Positions 24,062 to 37,100 of a stretch of DNA of 64,000 bases are shown here, one piece after another. The translations under genes and the position numbers were made by a program. Numbering within the stretch: the stretch's first letter is position 1; every line of letters starts with the position of its first letter. A model generated the notes under the pieces. It saw nothing but the letters and a program-made list of their open reading frames with translations, had not been told where the DNA came from and did not search any database. Origin of the DNA: Eutreptiella sp. 'Long Island Sound 2002' (taxonomy: Eukaryota > Protista > Euglenida); the NCBI GenBank assembly GCA_964036045.1, contig OZ038379.1:67456001-67520000 (forward strand), given 5' to 3'.

Positions 24062-25400
24062 ATGGAGCTACTGCCACGATGCTGGCGGACGGCACTGGTC
24101 TGGATATGGGACAAAGCGCAACAGCCGAAGACCAAGAGGGCAAGTTTGCAACTCGTGCACCGGGTCCTGCATGAATTGGCAGTCCAAGGCCCGCCACAAG
24201 GTGCTAGCTCACCGGTGTTGGGTGAGAGCCGTAAGGTGACCGTAGAGTTGGCAGCAAAGGGGCTAGGGCCGGCGAGATCCATACAGGTGCCGCCAAGCCT
24301 GTGGGAGCAATGGGCGGACCCCTGTTTTGATTGGGCCGGCCGCCACGCGCGGACCCAGCCCCACTCGCATTGCCCCAACGCGCTAGCCTTGCTCACTGCC
24401 CTGGAGCGTCAAGGCTTGGTGCAGGGCACAAGCGAGATGCCTAATGCCTCGGTTTTTATACAGTGGAAGAGCGCAGCTAAGGCCGCCCTCATCCTCAATA
24501 TGAAAAATTTCAACCATACGTGCGCCTACAAGGCCTTGCGATTCAAGCTGCCCACCCTAGAGGGTTTGGCGAATTTGCTCTGAGCAGTGGGGGGGGGAGG
24601 GCACCAAAATCGACCTTGGTAATTCCTACTAGTCCATCCGCCTCCTGCCTCACCTGACAAAGGCAATTAGGGTAGGGCTGGGCAGTGGGGCACGGGCATG
24701 GGTGCATTTTGGGCCGACGTGGGCACCCAGAGCGCCGCCCAACCTTGTCGGAGGGATCTTGGAGGGTTTTTGTTGCGCGCTGCGTGGGTGGGTGCCTGCA
24801 GGTACCCAAGACACCTTGTATCTGGGACCAAGCAGGACCCTGGATCCGGCGCTAGCCGCGCAGTGCGGCGCGTATATCTGGGAGGAGCGGTGCGGCTGGT
24901 GTTGTTTGGACCGTTCGTGAAAGGGGAGGCGCCTGCGATGCTGCGTGACACCGCTTTTGACGTCGCTGGCCGCCTCCGCATTGTCCCGTACCTGGGCCTC
25001 ACGACTCGCGGCAGCCCGGATGTGAAAGTGGCAGGACAGAAGCGTCACTGTAGGCATAGGCGGCGGCTGCTGCTGGAAGAGGGACCGGTCCTCCTCACCT
25101 GAGCACCCATCACCGCGAGGGCGGGCAGGCCGTCCGGTATCTGTGGATCCAGGGTCGGCCCGCCCTGGTATGGCGGGTCGCCACAATGTTCGCGACGTGA
25201 TTGGTGTCTGGGATCTGGTTTGCTCTCCGGGTCGGGTTTCAAATCGCATGGCACAGTGGACGTTGGCTGTAGCAGCCAGGCACCTATTTGCACGGCACAT
25301 CCACCGAATACGCACAGTGCGTTCAGGCACAGGCGAGCTGCACGTGCGATGGGACTATGATTTGCATAACCTGTAGTGGTTGACTGGATGGCAGCTACCG
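24062..25400 (+). pseudogene. Reverse transcriptase (plus probable RNase H remnant) of the YR retrotransposon
   Basis: PNASVFIQWKSAAKAALILNMKNFN..FKLPTL, then after a frameshift in a G run KIDLGNSY*SIRL and HFGPTWAP. A YxDD motif is not recognisable, and the RNase H call is weak. Confidence 0.65.
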
Positions 25401-25436
25401 CAGGCACATACAAATTTTTTCCCAAACGCCAATACC

Positions 25437-25925
25437 GGTCAGTGGAGTGTTTCAGTGTTGGTTCTCGAGATTGGCAGTGTCAGGGTTCATGGTTCGGGTT
25501 ACGAGGAGCAGGACAGGGCACTAAAGAGCAGGGCCAGAAAAAACAAGTTGGGCATAGCAACTTTTGTTTTGCGGGGGGACAGCGGTCGTAGCAGTGACAG
25601 CGATGGCAACAGTGACAGTGACAGTGACAGTGACGGTGACAGCTTTGCCTGAGGTACGATGCTACCACCTGCCTTCTCCCACTCCCAGCTTGATGTATTT
25701 CTAACGTGTCTCGGCCTCACCAGAGGCCCACGTCTATTTTGGCGCCAAGCCACAGGCACGAGCATATATGCAGCCCACATCATGGGCAAGCAGCCCCAGG
25801 GGCAAATGCTGGTGAGTGGAGTGTTTCAGTGTTGCTTCTCGAGATTGCTAGTGTTAGGGTTCAGGGTTCAGGTTACAGGGAACAAGAAAGGGCATTACAG
25901 AGCAGGGCCCGCAAAACTTCTTCGG
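25437..25925 (+). repeat. ~120-bp imperfect direct repeat pair (25437-25555, 25811-25925) flanking repeat R
   Basis: GTGGAGTGTTTCAGTGTTG(G/C)TTCTCGAGATTG..AGAGCAGGGCC is present twice. Confidence 0.8.
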
Positions 25926-26119
25926 CAAATGGACGCATGATGCGCACATTTTAAGTGCACAACAGAACCCTAGCACTCCATCCACAAGTGGCTAACTCTA
26001 TGCCACCATAACCTAGTTGAGCACCGTCATGGAGCATGTCCGGAACAACATCAGTGCCACCATGCACCAACACCCAAGCAAACTCGGAATCACTGTCAAC
26101 GACCAAAGGTGCAGGATGA

Positions 26120-26600
26120 GGATCAGGGGGAATTGCTGCCCTTGACCACTACGCCCACCCTTGCCGGCTGCCCCGTGGCGAGGCCTACCCCGCTATGGAA
26201 AGTATCTATGTCTGTGGGCAAAGGTGCAAATTGTGCGGCACTGAGTATGGGTACAATGTGGTCCAACCATTCTGGACCATCGTGGCAGCGTGTGTGTGCT
26301 AACACCGTATGGAATGCTTGTCTTAAACGTTGGGTCGCGTGTGCAGCAGTGACCCCACCGTGACCCAACCTGGGCAGACGAAAATTTTAAGTCATCGACA
26401 TCCACACTTTGGGCCATCCCCAATGTTGCTGTTCTGGCTTTGCCACCCTTCCACAACCAGAGTCGGAGTTTGTCCTCCGACGCCCTTTGTAGCAATTTTA
26501 TGAAGTTCCGTTGCATGCAATTGACTGAATTTTCATTCCGCACCCCCTCTGGCACTCTCCTACCAACCCAAACTAGGATGCCCCTACCCTAGTTACGCAG
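26120..26600 (-). pseudogene. Possible second RT/RNase H remnant
   Basis: Minus strand reads RVPEGVRNENSVNCMQR..SVDVDDLKF (YxDD-like), then PTDIDTFHSGVG. Heavily decayed. Confidence 0.3.
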
Positions 26601-28249
26601 CATGCACTTGTTGTTGGCTACCTTCAGCTTGACGGGCCTCCGACTTGTGGTCAGGCACTCCGGTGGTAATAGGCAGCCTTGGCTAGACTGACCTGGGCGC
26701 CTATGTCAACCAACATGTCGAAGACGTTCTCCACTTCCCCACATAGGGCACAGATGTGTGCTTAAATTCTGAGATCAAATGATCGATACAAATTTGATGC
26801 TCTTTGTGGCAACCATGGTGATGGCTTGCACTGAACTCTACTAACTGCATGCCATAGGCCTCACAACACTTTGCGTACGGTTTGCTGATGGCGCTATTTT
26901 CATGGGCCATGGATCCTGTACCATTTGCGAGTTCTTAGTACAATCGGTGTTCACCTGTGCTGATGACGTGGTAGATGCTCAACTGCCATGCATGGCTGAT
27001 GGGTAATTCGTCAGTTAGTCCCCTCATATGCGGGGTCATGAGCTGATGAGCGCTCTAGATATGCATTGGGTGATTTGTTGCAGCAGAGGAAAAGTGATTC
27101 ACAGTTGGTGGTACAGTACAAGTTTACAAGAAAACTTCAATGTTTGGAGATTCATGCATGCACATTGCTTGCCTCAGTCCAAGCGTCCATCCGAGAAAGT
27201 GAGTGGGTTTGGTTGCTACGGCGTCTCTTAAGCAAGGCTGGAGTGGTTGTTGCCATGGTTAAGCTACATGCTTCGAGACACGCCAACTTGTGCACCTCTT
27301 TGGAGACCAAAACTTGCCATTTTTGCTCTTCTCGGCGCTCATGGATTGTTCACGTGAGTTTTGTATTCTTTCTTTGCATGTTTGTCGTACCACGGCAAGA
27401 CGTTGTGTGCGACATTCAATTTTCTGCTCTCGTGGTGATGTTTGGAAAAAGGGTCAAGTGGTAATATCCTCTTGCCATAGCGAGGGAGAGCCGAAGGGAT
27501 GGACAATTTGGCCGAGGACCGTTGTGAGGTGCTCCAAATGGGTCCCCAAGAAGACCAATAGCGTCAACTGCATCAATTGTGAGGTGCGGCGCAACGTCTT
27601 CCGCGGGGAACGTGAGCTTGGCGGTATTGACCGCGAGTGGTTAACAATCCCAAACGTCCCTCTGGGCTTCGAGCGTGCGAAGGGCTGCTCAGAGCCCGAG
27701 CGTGCGAGCTGTGAGTGGTGGGAGCGGGGTCATCGACGTGGATGCTGAGCCCCCCCCCCCCCCCATCTTAACGGCCTCCCCCTCCATTGGCAGGCTGCGG
27801 ATTGCGGCTTACAAAGCGGGTGCAGTTGCGTTCGTTTTGGGCAAGCGTAAAGGCGCCGGCCCAGGGAGAATTCTTTGTGAGGGTGCCAGAGCATCGATTT
27901 CTAGAAGGGTGGGAGCTTCGTCGGTGGGTGCGGGGTTCTGGTTTGTGAGTTGGGTGGCTTGATGTCATCGGTGTGTGTTTGCCAGGGGCTAGGGGTCTTG
28001 GAGCACCGCCTCCTCCAATTCGTGGAGCGGAGTGGGATAGGGAGGCAGCCCGGGGACTCCGGCGGGCAGTTTTTTTGCATGTTGTTGCCCTGCTTTCGTG
28101 GCCACTGGAACCGGAAGTGTAGCCGTCCTTGTCGCTTGACTTCACATCCCCCAAGTTGCGGATGAGGTGAATTAGTGATGAGGTTCTGCAACGTGCATTG
28201 CGTGCGCTGGGGAACGTCACGATATTTGGGATACACAGGCGCCGAGCTT

Positions 28250-28685
28250 GTTTGAGTTGGTGGCACGTTACCATTTGTTTCGGGTGCCCCCCCCCCCCCC
28301 TGGATGGGCGTTGGTCATGCTTGCTGCGTTGTGTGCTCAGAACTTATTGTTCAGCCTGAGGCCGGGTTCCGTGGGTCGTAATGGGGGACTGTTTGCTATC
28401 CAGAAGATTCTAGAGAAGTGCGGCCTCATCGTCAATCTGATAACAGTAAGTAGGGCCATGCGGGGCAAGCCGCAGATGTTCTGGCTGCCGTCGGTGGAGG
28501 TGCTGGCGCATCTCGGGCACGTGGCGTGACAAGGCTACTGTCCTTTTGTTCCCCCGTTCTACGGCAGGGCGCACTGTCTCCACGTGGTAGTGGTTGTTCT
28601 TTCCCTCCGAGGTGGTGAAGGGGCTGTGCATTGGGTACGTGCCACATAGAGTTCAGTAATATCTTCTGGTCACTATGCCTCCTAG
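28250..28685 (+). pseudogene. Possible second tyrosine-recombinase remnant
   Basis: LVMLAALCAQNLLFSLRPG. With one restored base it reads AHCL(R)RGSG..HWVRAT*SSVISSGHYA, which resembles HxLRRG..W..Y. Confidence 0.35.
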
Positions 28686-30207
28686 AGCAGCTTTCGGGGG
28701 TGTTTCGTATCCCGGACGGGGAGGGTGGCGTGTTGGCGCTTCGGTGTCTTGTGTTCCACTGGTAATGCAACCCGATATTATGCCCACTTGTGTTGGAGCG
28801 ATGGATAGAGGAGGGTGGGTTGGTGGGGGTCGTGCTTTTAATAAATTAGGAAGATGTGTTGGTGGTGGGGACGGAAGGGACACGGGTGCACACACAAGCA
28901 AGGTGTGCGGTGGACGCGCTGTGTGCGTTGGTGCGGTTGTGAGCCCCAAAAGTATTCGGGACGCGGTAACACGCTTGGTGTGGCTGGGCAACGACGTCAC
29001 GTTGCGGGGGGGGGGGGGGGTCGGGGTAGCTTGCAGACGGCCTGGGTGCAGGGGAGGCGTTGTTGGCGCATGTGGTGTGCCTGTGAGTAGGTGTGTGCAG
29101 GTTGAGGAGGTTGTAGACGTTTTCGAGGCGCGTGCAATGGATTTGCAGGCCTTCTTTTTGACATTGCCCACACTGGTCGGGCGTTTCAACCCGTGTACTT
29201 TGGTGACCCCCCCGGACTGCAAATTTCTCCCCTCAAGCTCCTGCGCTCTATGTGCATTGTGTGTGTCCGGGCGTTGCAGGGCTAGATTGTGTTCTCACCT
29301 AGGGAGGTGCATAGAGGGCGTGTGCATGTGTATATGGATGCACGGGTCTACCGCTTGGGGCCGTTTTCGATTGCGTTGGGAACGCGTTCCATTTCCATTA
29401 GAGCAGCGGCCAAAGCAACAGTGGGGTGAAGCAAAAGCTCTGTTCTGCACTATCAAGTTATTGAAACATCGCGTTTAGGCGGGCACACCTATTCGGGGAT
29501 CATGCGGCGATGGTGGCCTTTTGTCCGGTTCCTCAAGTGTAAAATGGGGATGCGCTAAAGGTATAAAGAGCAGTTACTAAAAAGCTTTATGTACCTGTGG
29601 GCAGCGTGCCTGGCTTCACCCAGTCACCGTGTGCTGCCACTTGGTGCGGATTCAGTGAACCCGGCGGACCCCATCAATAGGATCCGGGACCAATTTGCAG
29701 GGCATTGGGAGTTGTCGCGGGCGATGGGGACGCATAAAGTATGGGATTTGTGGGCCTTACCGGACCGGGAAACGGCTTCCCTTTGGACGTGGGTGTGCCT
29801 TCGGGGCCATTTGTGCTTCCCCACGCGCGGCACGCGGGGCTTCGGTCGCCAATACAAGAAGTTGGGGCAGTATGTCATGACGTATTTCTTCACTACCCCC
29901 TGGAGGATTCCCTGCCCTAGAGACCTACGTTAAAACCAATAGGGTTGATTTTCATTTTTGATGCATGAAAGTTGGTAAAAATTAACTTGTCAAATATGTA
30001 CATGGTAACCCAATTTTGGGTAATTTTTACCGCCCTCCTGTGTGTGTACCGTGCCCATTTCAAGTGTTTGGGTGGTCAAAGGGTGCCCAACGGGATGCTG
30101 CAGGGATTGCACAGTCCTATAGGTGGTTATGTAGCCCCACACATCCCTCTCCGGTCCCCCCACACAGCGCACTCCCAACCTTGTTATTCCCTGGTGTAGC
30201 TCTTGTT

Positions 30208-30916
30208 ATGCCTTTCTCTGGGGACACCCTTCTCCAGCTTAGTATGACACTGACGCGTTTGAGTGGGGCCAAGAGTTTGCGGGACCCTTTGGTCTCCCAA
30301 CTCCTTGGTGAGTGGGTGGCCTTGTCCCCTTTGGCCAAGGCCCGGTGGTACGAGGCCCCCGAAGTTGCGCAACTCCCGCTCATCCACACCAGGCAAATAG
30401 AGGATGTGAAGCAATATGCCTCCGTCCTCTTCCCCGCACCCGAATCGGTCGGGTTATTCATGGACTTGAATGTCCCCAAGGGCGGCTTCCGGCATGTGTC
30501 GTAGTTGAGGACCCGCCGCGGGGCCGCTTGCACCGCCACGATAGGCCTCCCATTCCCCGGCCCATTCGCTTCACGGACACATGGAAGGAGTTGGTGAAGC
30601 CGCTTGCGCTAGATGGACCCATTCCGTGGCGGTTCTCCCCACAAGCAGCCGCTCTTGGCCGTTGCAAACGTGGGCCCGCCACATCCAATCGCGTCTACCC
30701 CTCGTGGACACCATTGATTGGAAGCGGCCGCTCCATTTCCTCCTCGGTGGGGATGCCTACCCGTGCGCCGGTGGAAGTTGCACCCAACATTCCGTTGCGC
30801 TCCTCAACCACGGCGCACGGGGCCGACCACCGGGCTTCCCATGGGTGATTGGCATGACCGTATGCAGGGACAAGGACATGGCTGCGCTAGCGACAATATG
30901 GTCCCAAGACTCCCAA
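30208..30916 (+). pseudogene. Transib-like transposase exon 1, copy F
   Basis: Reads MPFSGDTLLQLSMTLTRLSGAKSLRDPLVSQLLGEW..WKELVKPLAL..LLGGDAYPCAGGSCTQ..WVIGMTVCRDKDMAALATIW. It aligns end to end with C exon 1 and is followed by a GT donor (30917) and TTAATATT-rich sequence. Confidence 0.75.
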
Positions 30917-31589
30917 GTATACGGCCGTTGCGTTTGGCTTTAGTTTTTGTGTTAGTTTCTCGAGCTTAATATTTCATATTTGGCTAATATTAATCGGAAT
31001 TGAAAAATTACTCTAGTATTAACCTGAAAAAATTGATGCAAAAATCAATTTTCTTTCCACATATTGCAGCCTCTTCATGGCTGCAAGAAGTTTTACTAGG
31101 CAACCATGTGTGCGGCATGGGTTTTCATCGGGGCCTACCAGCCCCTAGTGTGCCACCTCATTCGCCGTGCCCATAGTGTGCTCTACATATGAAATATATA
31201 GCATCTATGCACCTTTTCCTTGTGCGCCCCTCAAAGCAACACATGCACACACAGAGACACACGCATAGCCAATGATATTGGCACCCCCAAACACCCATCG
31301 CCTCACACACATTCCTCCTTCCTCTATCCTCCCCTTGCCCTACCGGTTAACGTTCGGGAGGGTATGCCCTTTTCCTTTTCCGCATTCTTTGCAAGTTTTT
31401 TTTAGGATGGTGGACAGGAAGATTCATGATGGAAAACAGCGGAAAAAGTTGTAGGTATGTGTGTGTGTGTGTGTGTATGTGTGTCTCCGTGTTCGCGGCA
31501 TGCAGATTGCCCTGAAGCAGATAAAGGGGCTAGTTTTTGCTTCACTGTTGATCACCCCCCCCTCGGTATAGTGGTACGCAAGGGGGTGA

Positions 31590-33340
31590 CGCTTGGGGTT
31601 GTGGGTTGTGGGGGTGTCGGAGGTGTGTGGGCTTTGGTCCGGGATGTGTGGTTTCTAGGGCTGGGGTGTGTGGGGGTGTGGTTTCGAGGCTGTTGGTCAA
31701 AAAGGCTCCATCCCCCCCCCCCCTCAGAGACGCCTCCCCCACTCAAAAAAAAACCTCCATCAAACTTGGCCAGCGATTGGTGTATGTGGTGTCCACAGCC
31801 TCTGAGACCCCCCCCCCCCCCCCAAGAGCCGCCAGCATTCCTCCCCCCGCCCAGGCACCGCAAATGGTGATGCACCAAACGTATGCAGACCCACTTGGGG
31901 CGTGTCACTGTGCATTAGTCCTTTTTCTTTAAAGTTAATATTTCAATTGGTGATATTAATATCCGTATGTTGATATGAACGCCACGAATGATTAATATTT
32001 AATATCTTAGTTAATATTTGGTCTGATAATATTAACGTGCAAGCATGAATTGCAGGGTTCCAAAATTTAATTTTTCATTTGTTGTGTTTTTTTTCCGCAC
32101 GTGATATGTGCCGGGGTGGCCACACCACTGCACACCACAGGCCGAAACCCCATAGGCCCGCACCTCACGGCCCCACACACTACAACCCCACACGCCAAAA
32201 CCCCACAGGCCCACCCACCAAAGCCCCACCTCCGCAGCGCAACACCCCACGCCCTGTTGTATGCGCGGTTGTGGTGTGTGGGGTGTGTGGGATGTGGGTG
32301 GTTGTTAGGCCGCAGTGTGTTGGGCTGTAGGGCCTGGGGCTGTAGGGCCCCGGGTTGTGGCGTGCCAAGTTGTGGTGCTTGCGGCTGTGGCAGGTGGTTC
32401 TGTGGGGGATGGAGCCGTGGGGGCTGTGTGGTGTGACCCCTTATACCACAGCACCATAGCCCAGAGCCCCACCCCCAAGAGCCCCAACCATCACAGTCCG
32501 GAGCGCCAGTACAACCCAACACCGTGCATCCCAACACACTACCCACTGCCTGAAACACCAGTACTGCCTACACCACAACCCTTTACACGGCAGCCCCACA
32601 TACCACAACCCCACACACCATAAACCCACCCCCAATAACCCCACACACCCTGGCATGACACCCCGACAAGAGAGGCGCGCACACCAAACCCCCACACTGC
32701 CCCCATTCTTTCAGGTCAATTTTTCGACTACGGGGTGTAATACCTGGAGGTTGACATCTAATTTTTGGACCGGCGGTCCAAATATTACAATTAACGTTTC
32801 ATATTAACACTCGGATATTAATCGGAGCTCTTCAAAAATTGACACAAAGAAAACATGGTGTAGGCCGCACTTCAAGTGGTTGTCCAAGGGTGGGGCGGGG
32901 ATGCGGAGGCGGGGGGTTATGGCAGGCGTTTTCATCCACAGCCCTACACTCCCACACCATGGCACCCAACACCACAACCTCGCATACCACAACCCACACA
33001 CCATAGGCGTACACGCCACGGCAGCGAACACCACCCCCGCGCATACCACAGCCCTAGACACCAGCCCGACACACACCACAGCGCCGAACACCACATTCCA
33101 ACATAACAGAGCTTTGGACCCCCCCCCCCCGCAGCGCCACACACCACAACCCTAGAAACTAATACCCCAAACACCACAGTCCTAAGCATCACATCCCCAC
33201 ACACCACAGCCCCAGAAACCACATCCACACACACACCACAACCCATGCACCATAGGCGCAAACACCACAGCCCTAATAACCATCCACCCCACAATAGAAC
33301 CCCCACACACCACAGCCCCAAATATCACAATCGTACACAC
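31590..33340. repeat. Degenerate CA/GT minisatellite (unit like CCCCACACACCACAGCCC) in alternating orientations
   Basis: GT-rich blocks (~31590-31700, ~32260-32430) alternate with CA-rich blocks (~32120-32260, ~32440-32700, ~32940-33330) and are punctuated by TAATATTAA clusters. Confidence 0.7.
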
Positions 33341-34196
33341 CACAATGTGGTGGGGGGGGGATAGCCAATGCAGTTGGAACTAGCCCCTATATTTTTCTTT
33401 GGGGCAATGTGCAAACTACAACCTACACGCTAGCGATGAACACACAAACACACACACGCACATATATACCTACAACTTTTTCCTTTGTCCCATGGTGAAT
33501 CTTTATTTCCACCATCCCAAGGCCTGCACAAAGAATGCGGCATAGCCTCCCGAACCCTAACCACAAGGACAAAGTGATGCAGCAAAGTGGCCATGGGGGA
33601 CCAACATGAGTGCAAAAACTTGGTGCAACGGTATTTCTTTTCTTTGTATGCATTTATACGATTTTCAGGGAGCGTTAATTTTTGCACAAAACAGTTACTT
33701 TTTACGAGGTTAATATTAACGTTGGCAACACATTAATTTTTAATATTTCAAATATTACATGAAAAATTAAAAACCAAAAACAAACCCGACGACCACTGTA
33801 ACATTTTTTTCCAAGGAAACCGGTGAGACCCCCCCCCCCCCCCCACATCCCCGGGTGAAAACGACACCCGATCCCTCAAGGCACCCCATGGGGGTAGAGT
33901 TTTTCCCGTCTAAACCCCTCAACCCCCCTGCAAAGGGTCAACTTTGGGTTCACACATTAATTTCTTGCCGAAATATTAAAAATATTGGGTTTAACATAGG
34001 TCTCTAGTGTGGAGATCATATCATGAGCCCCCCCCCCCCCCGCCAAGGAGCTCAGAGCGATGGTGCTTGTGGTCTGGCTTTTTCTTGTTTTTAGCGTGTT
34101 GCTCAACTTCTCGATGATCTTTTCCATGACTTGTTGTAAGCAGAGGAAGAGGAGGCACACGACAAAGACATGTCCGGTCTGCGGAGACCATTGCGT

Positions 34197-37100
34197 GCAT
34201 TGGCGTGCATGGGGGTTCAGCATTTGTCCATGAATAGGCCCACTGCAATGCTACACAATGATGAGTTGTTTGTCTACTTTCTTGACTTTTGCCTTATGTG
34301 CTTTCGTGGTATTGCTAAAATTCAGCTCACCTTCTGAGCTATGGTTTAGCTCTATTCGTTGTGTGTTTAAGTGTGTGTGTGCAGTGTGCCGGCTTCCGTT
34401 TTTGCCACAGTGCATTTTTTTGCATTTGAGTCTGCAGCCCACCCTTCCCACACATGATGCTATGGGGGAGTCTTTTGCCTTTTTCCGGGCCTCCCCACCG
34501 GGATGCAACGCACTAACGAGTTTTTTGTCTGTTTTCTCTTGTTCTTGTGTGTCTGCTTTTGTTGTATTGCTAAAACAGCCAATGCACGCACCACCCGGTG
34601 GTTCCAACCCCAACACCCACACCGATTAGGAGGTGACGAGAGGTGGAAAGGGAGGACGGGGAACGAGAACAATCTGCCTTTGTAGTGTGAACAAATTTTG
34701 CACACGACATGACCGGCTCACCAGGATAAGATATAGACAAGGAGGCAAACGGGCCAAGTGACTGTGACTGTGAGGACACGGAGGAATGGTGGCCAGATGG
34801 CCTGGCAAACAAAAAGGAAGGAGGGGAGGCAATAGAGCAAGGGGTAGGAGGGAACCTACAAGGCCCACCGCCAAGGATAGGGGGAAGAAGTTGGCGACGA
34901 TAGTGGACAAAAGGAACAGAGAGAAGGGGGCAGTGGGATTCGCGGCGGGCCCGGGCGTGTTGGATTTCGGTGCTCTTTGAGTGGCCCCGAGGATCGGGGT
35001 CGTGTGATAGCCCACGCCTAGCCATGGGAGCCGAGGCAGCTTCCACAGATGTGCACTAAACTTCTGTGTGGGTTGTGGAGCAAGGGGGGGGGGGGGGCGT
35101 TTAGAGTGTGACACTGGGGGGCTCAAGGGTTTGGAACCCAACACTCCATGAGTTGGCCCCAGCATCGGGGGCATGTGATTGCCCAAGCCTGGCCATGGCA
35201 TGTAGCCTCCGCAAAAGGGCACAGAAATTTTTTGCGAGCGGCTTTGCAGGCCAAGACGGGACACTCGGATGCTAGGGTTCAACAAAGCCCCCACCGAAAA
35301 AGATTTATTCTTTGGGGGTTTGCGGGGGACATGCGTCGCGGTAGGCACCTTTGCGCAAATTTTTTTCGTGCCCCCGACACGCCCTCCACCGTGCATCTAC
35401 CTACAATAATGAAGGGCGCGTGGTGTTTGGGGGGGGGGGGGGGATTTTGGTGCATTGTGTCCAACAAAAAAGTTTAAACTCTTGCCTCAAGGCAAGTGTA
35501 ATGCAAGTAGGTAGCCGTGGGTCAGTGATGGCTACCAGAATCTAATGCAATTGGCCTAGCAAATTGTGCATATCCCCCGCGCATTTCTGTGGTGCCTCAC
35601 CGACAGCCATCCCCAATGAGATGTCACTCTTTGGGTGCCAAAAGCAACCCTAGTTCACTCTTTTCCATGTGTAGCGGTGCCTGTTTGGTGTACCCATTCT
35701 CATGTGCCGTGAAGTCTTTCTAAATGTGCTCACCCACTCTGGACAACGGGTGAAAGCAATTGTTAACCGCTATACTATCATACCATAGAGTATGGGTGCG
35801 CAAAAATTGTTGCATGTCCCACCTTCTGTAGTGCACACATGCATCTTGCACAAATGATAGTGTATGTTGATGTCTAGTGGCACACTGCGGCGAGTCGCAA
35901 GTTGCACAACCTCCACCGTTTTCACCACTATCAAAATGTCCACCTGAGGACCCATCCGTGAAGGCGCCAACATGACAGGCCGCCATAGTAGACTTCACAC
36001 ATTCGTTGGAGCAAAATGAACCGGCATGATTGTGTGTTATATGCGGGCTCTGCATATTCGTTTCACAAGCGTATTTTACGCCAAATGAAGACGCCATGCG
36101 AATTTGGGTAGTCGTGCATGCTCAATTCTGAGCGTGTTGGGGACGACACAAGCGTTGTGCGTGTGGCGCGTGTTTCACACACGTCGCTGTGGAGAAATCC
36201 ACAAAGCAGTCGCTCTTCCGCATGTACCCTTTGGTTGTCCTAGTTCTCATTCTTCTTTTCTGTCCGACCAATCCTCGAGTCACTAGTTTGGTTGTTCAAG
36301 GTAACACATTGGCAATTGAACATTATGTTGTGTGCTTTTTTGGTCTTTGGATCTTCCACCCGTTTTACGTAGTGCACCCAACCAACGTGGCAGCCGGCCG
36401 TGAGACAAGTAGTGGGAGCGTTTGGTGCCACAGCCGTGGAGTGGTGGCAAAGCAATTGACAAGCATGTGGAGGTATCGAGCATATTAGTACGTTGTTTGA
36501 TCTAGATCATCATGGACGCCACCCTTGGCTCCACATCGGCAACGGGCAGAACATCACAGTGCTCAAGACGTTAGTTCTCCTATTTATATGCGCTTGGGAA
36601 CAGCCGGAGCGCCATGCTTGCACACTTTGAAAAGATAATGTAACAAGCAGCAAGCGTTGTATTTGCAGCGGTACTATACGACATGGATAACACACACCAC
36701 GTAGAACAGTCCCCGGGAATAACGTGAAAGACAACTCGCAAGCCATGCTTGATATGCAAAACACATAGCAACCTTTGAGAACCATGTGCGTGTGTACCCT
36801 TAGGCCATGCTAACCACCCGCCCCTTACGACCCAAACATGTGCACTTTCTCGCCTGGTCTGTGTAAGGGGCGGGTAGTTAGCGTGGCCTAAGGGTACACA
36901 CACACATGGTTCTCAAAGGTTGCTATGTGTTTTGCATATCAAGCATGGCTTGCGAGTCGTCTTTTACGTCATTCCCGGGGACTGTTCTACGTGGTGTGTG
37001 TTATCCATGTCGTATAGTACCGCTGCAAATACAGCGCTTGCTGCTTGTTACATTATCTTTTCAAAGTGTGCAAGCATGGCGCTCCGGCTGTTCCCAAGCG

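Larger units (their letters stand above)
21036..25400 (+). mobile_element. Degenerate tyrosine-recombinase retrotransposon, gag-YR-RT(-RH) order (VIPER/TATE-like arrangement)
   Basis: Three same-strand modules: a zinc-knuckle ORF1, YR motifs at 22983-23618, and RT motifs at 24062-24800. The ends are not resolved. Confidence 0.75.

Noticed and set aside
28675-29478. 267-aa ORF
   Set aside because: Gly/Val/Cys-rich translation of GT-rich low-complexity DNA with no recognisable motif.
29589-29933. 114-aa ORF after a TATAAA-like word
   Set aside because: It looks protein-like, but I recognise no family and there is no second copy to test conservation.
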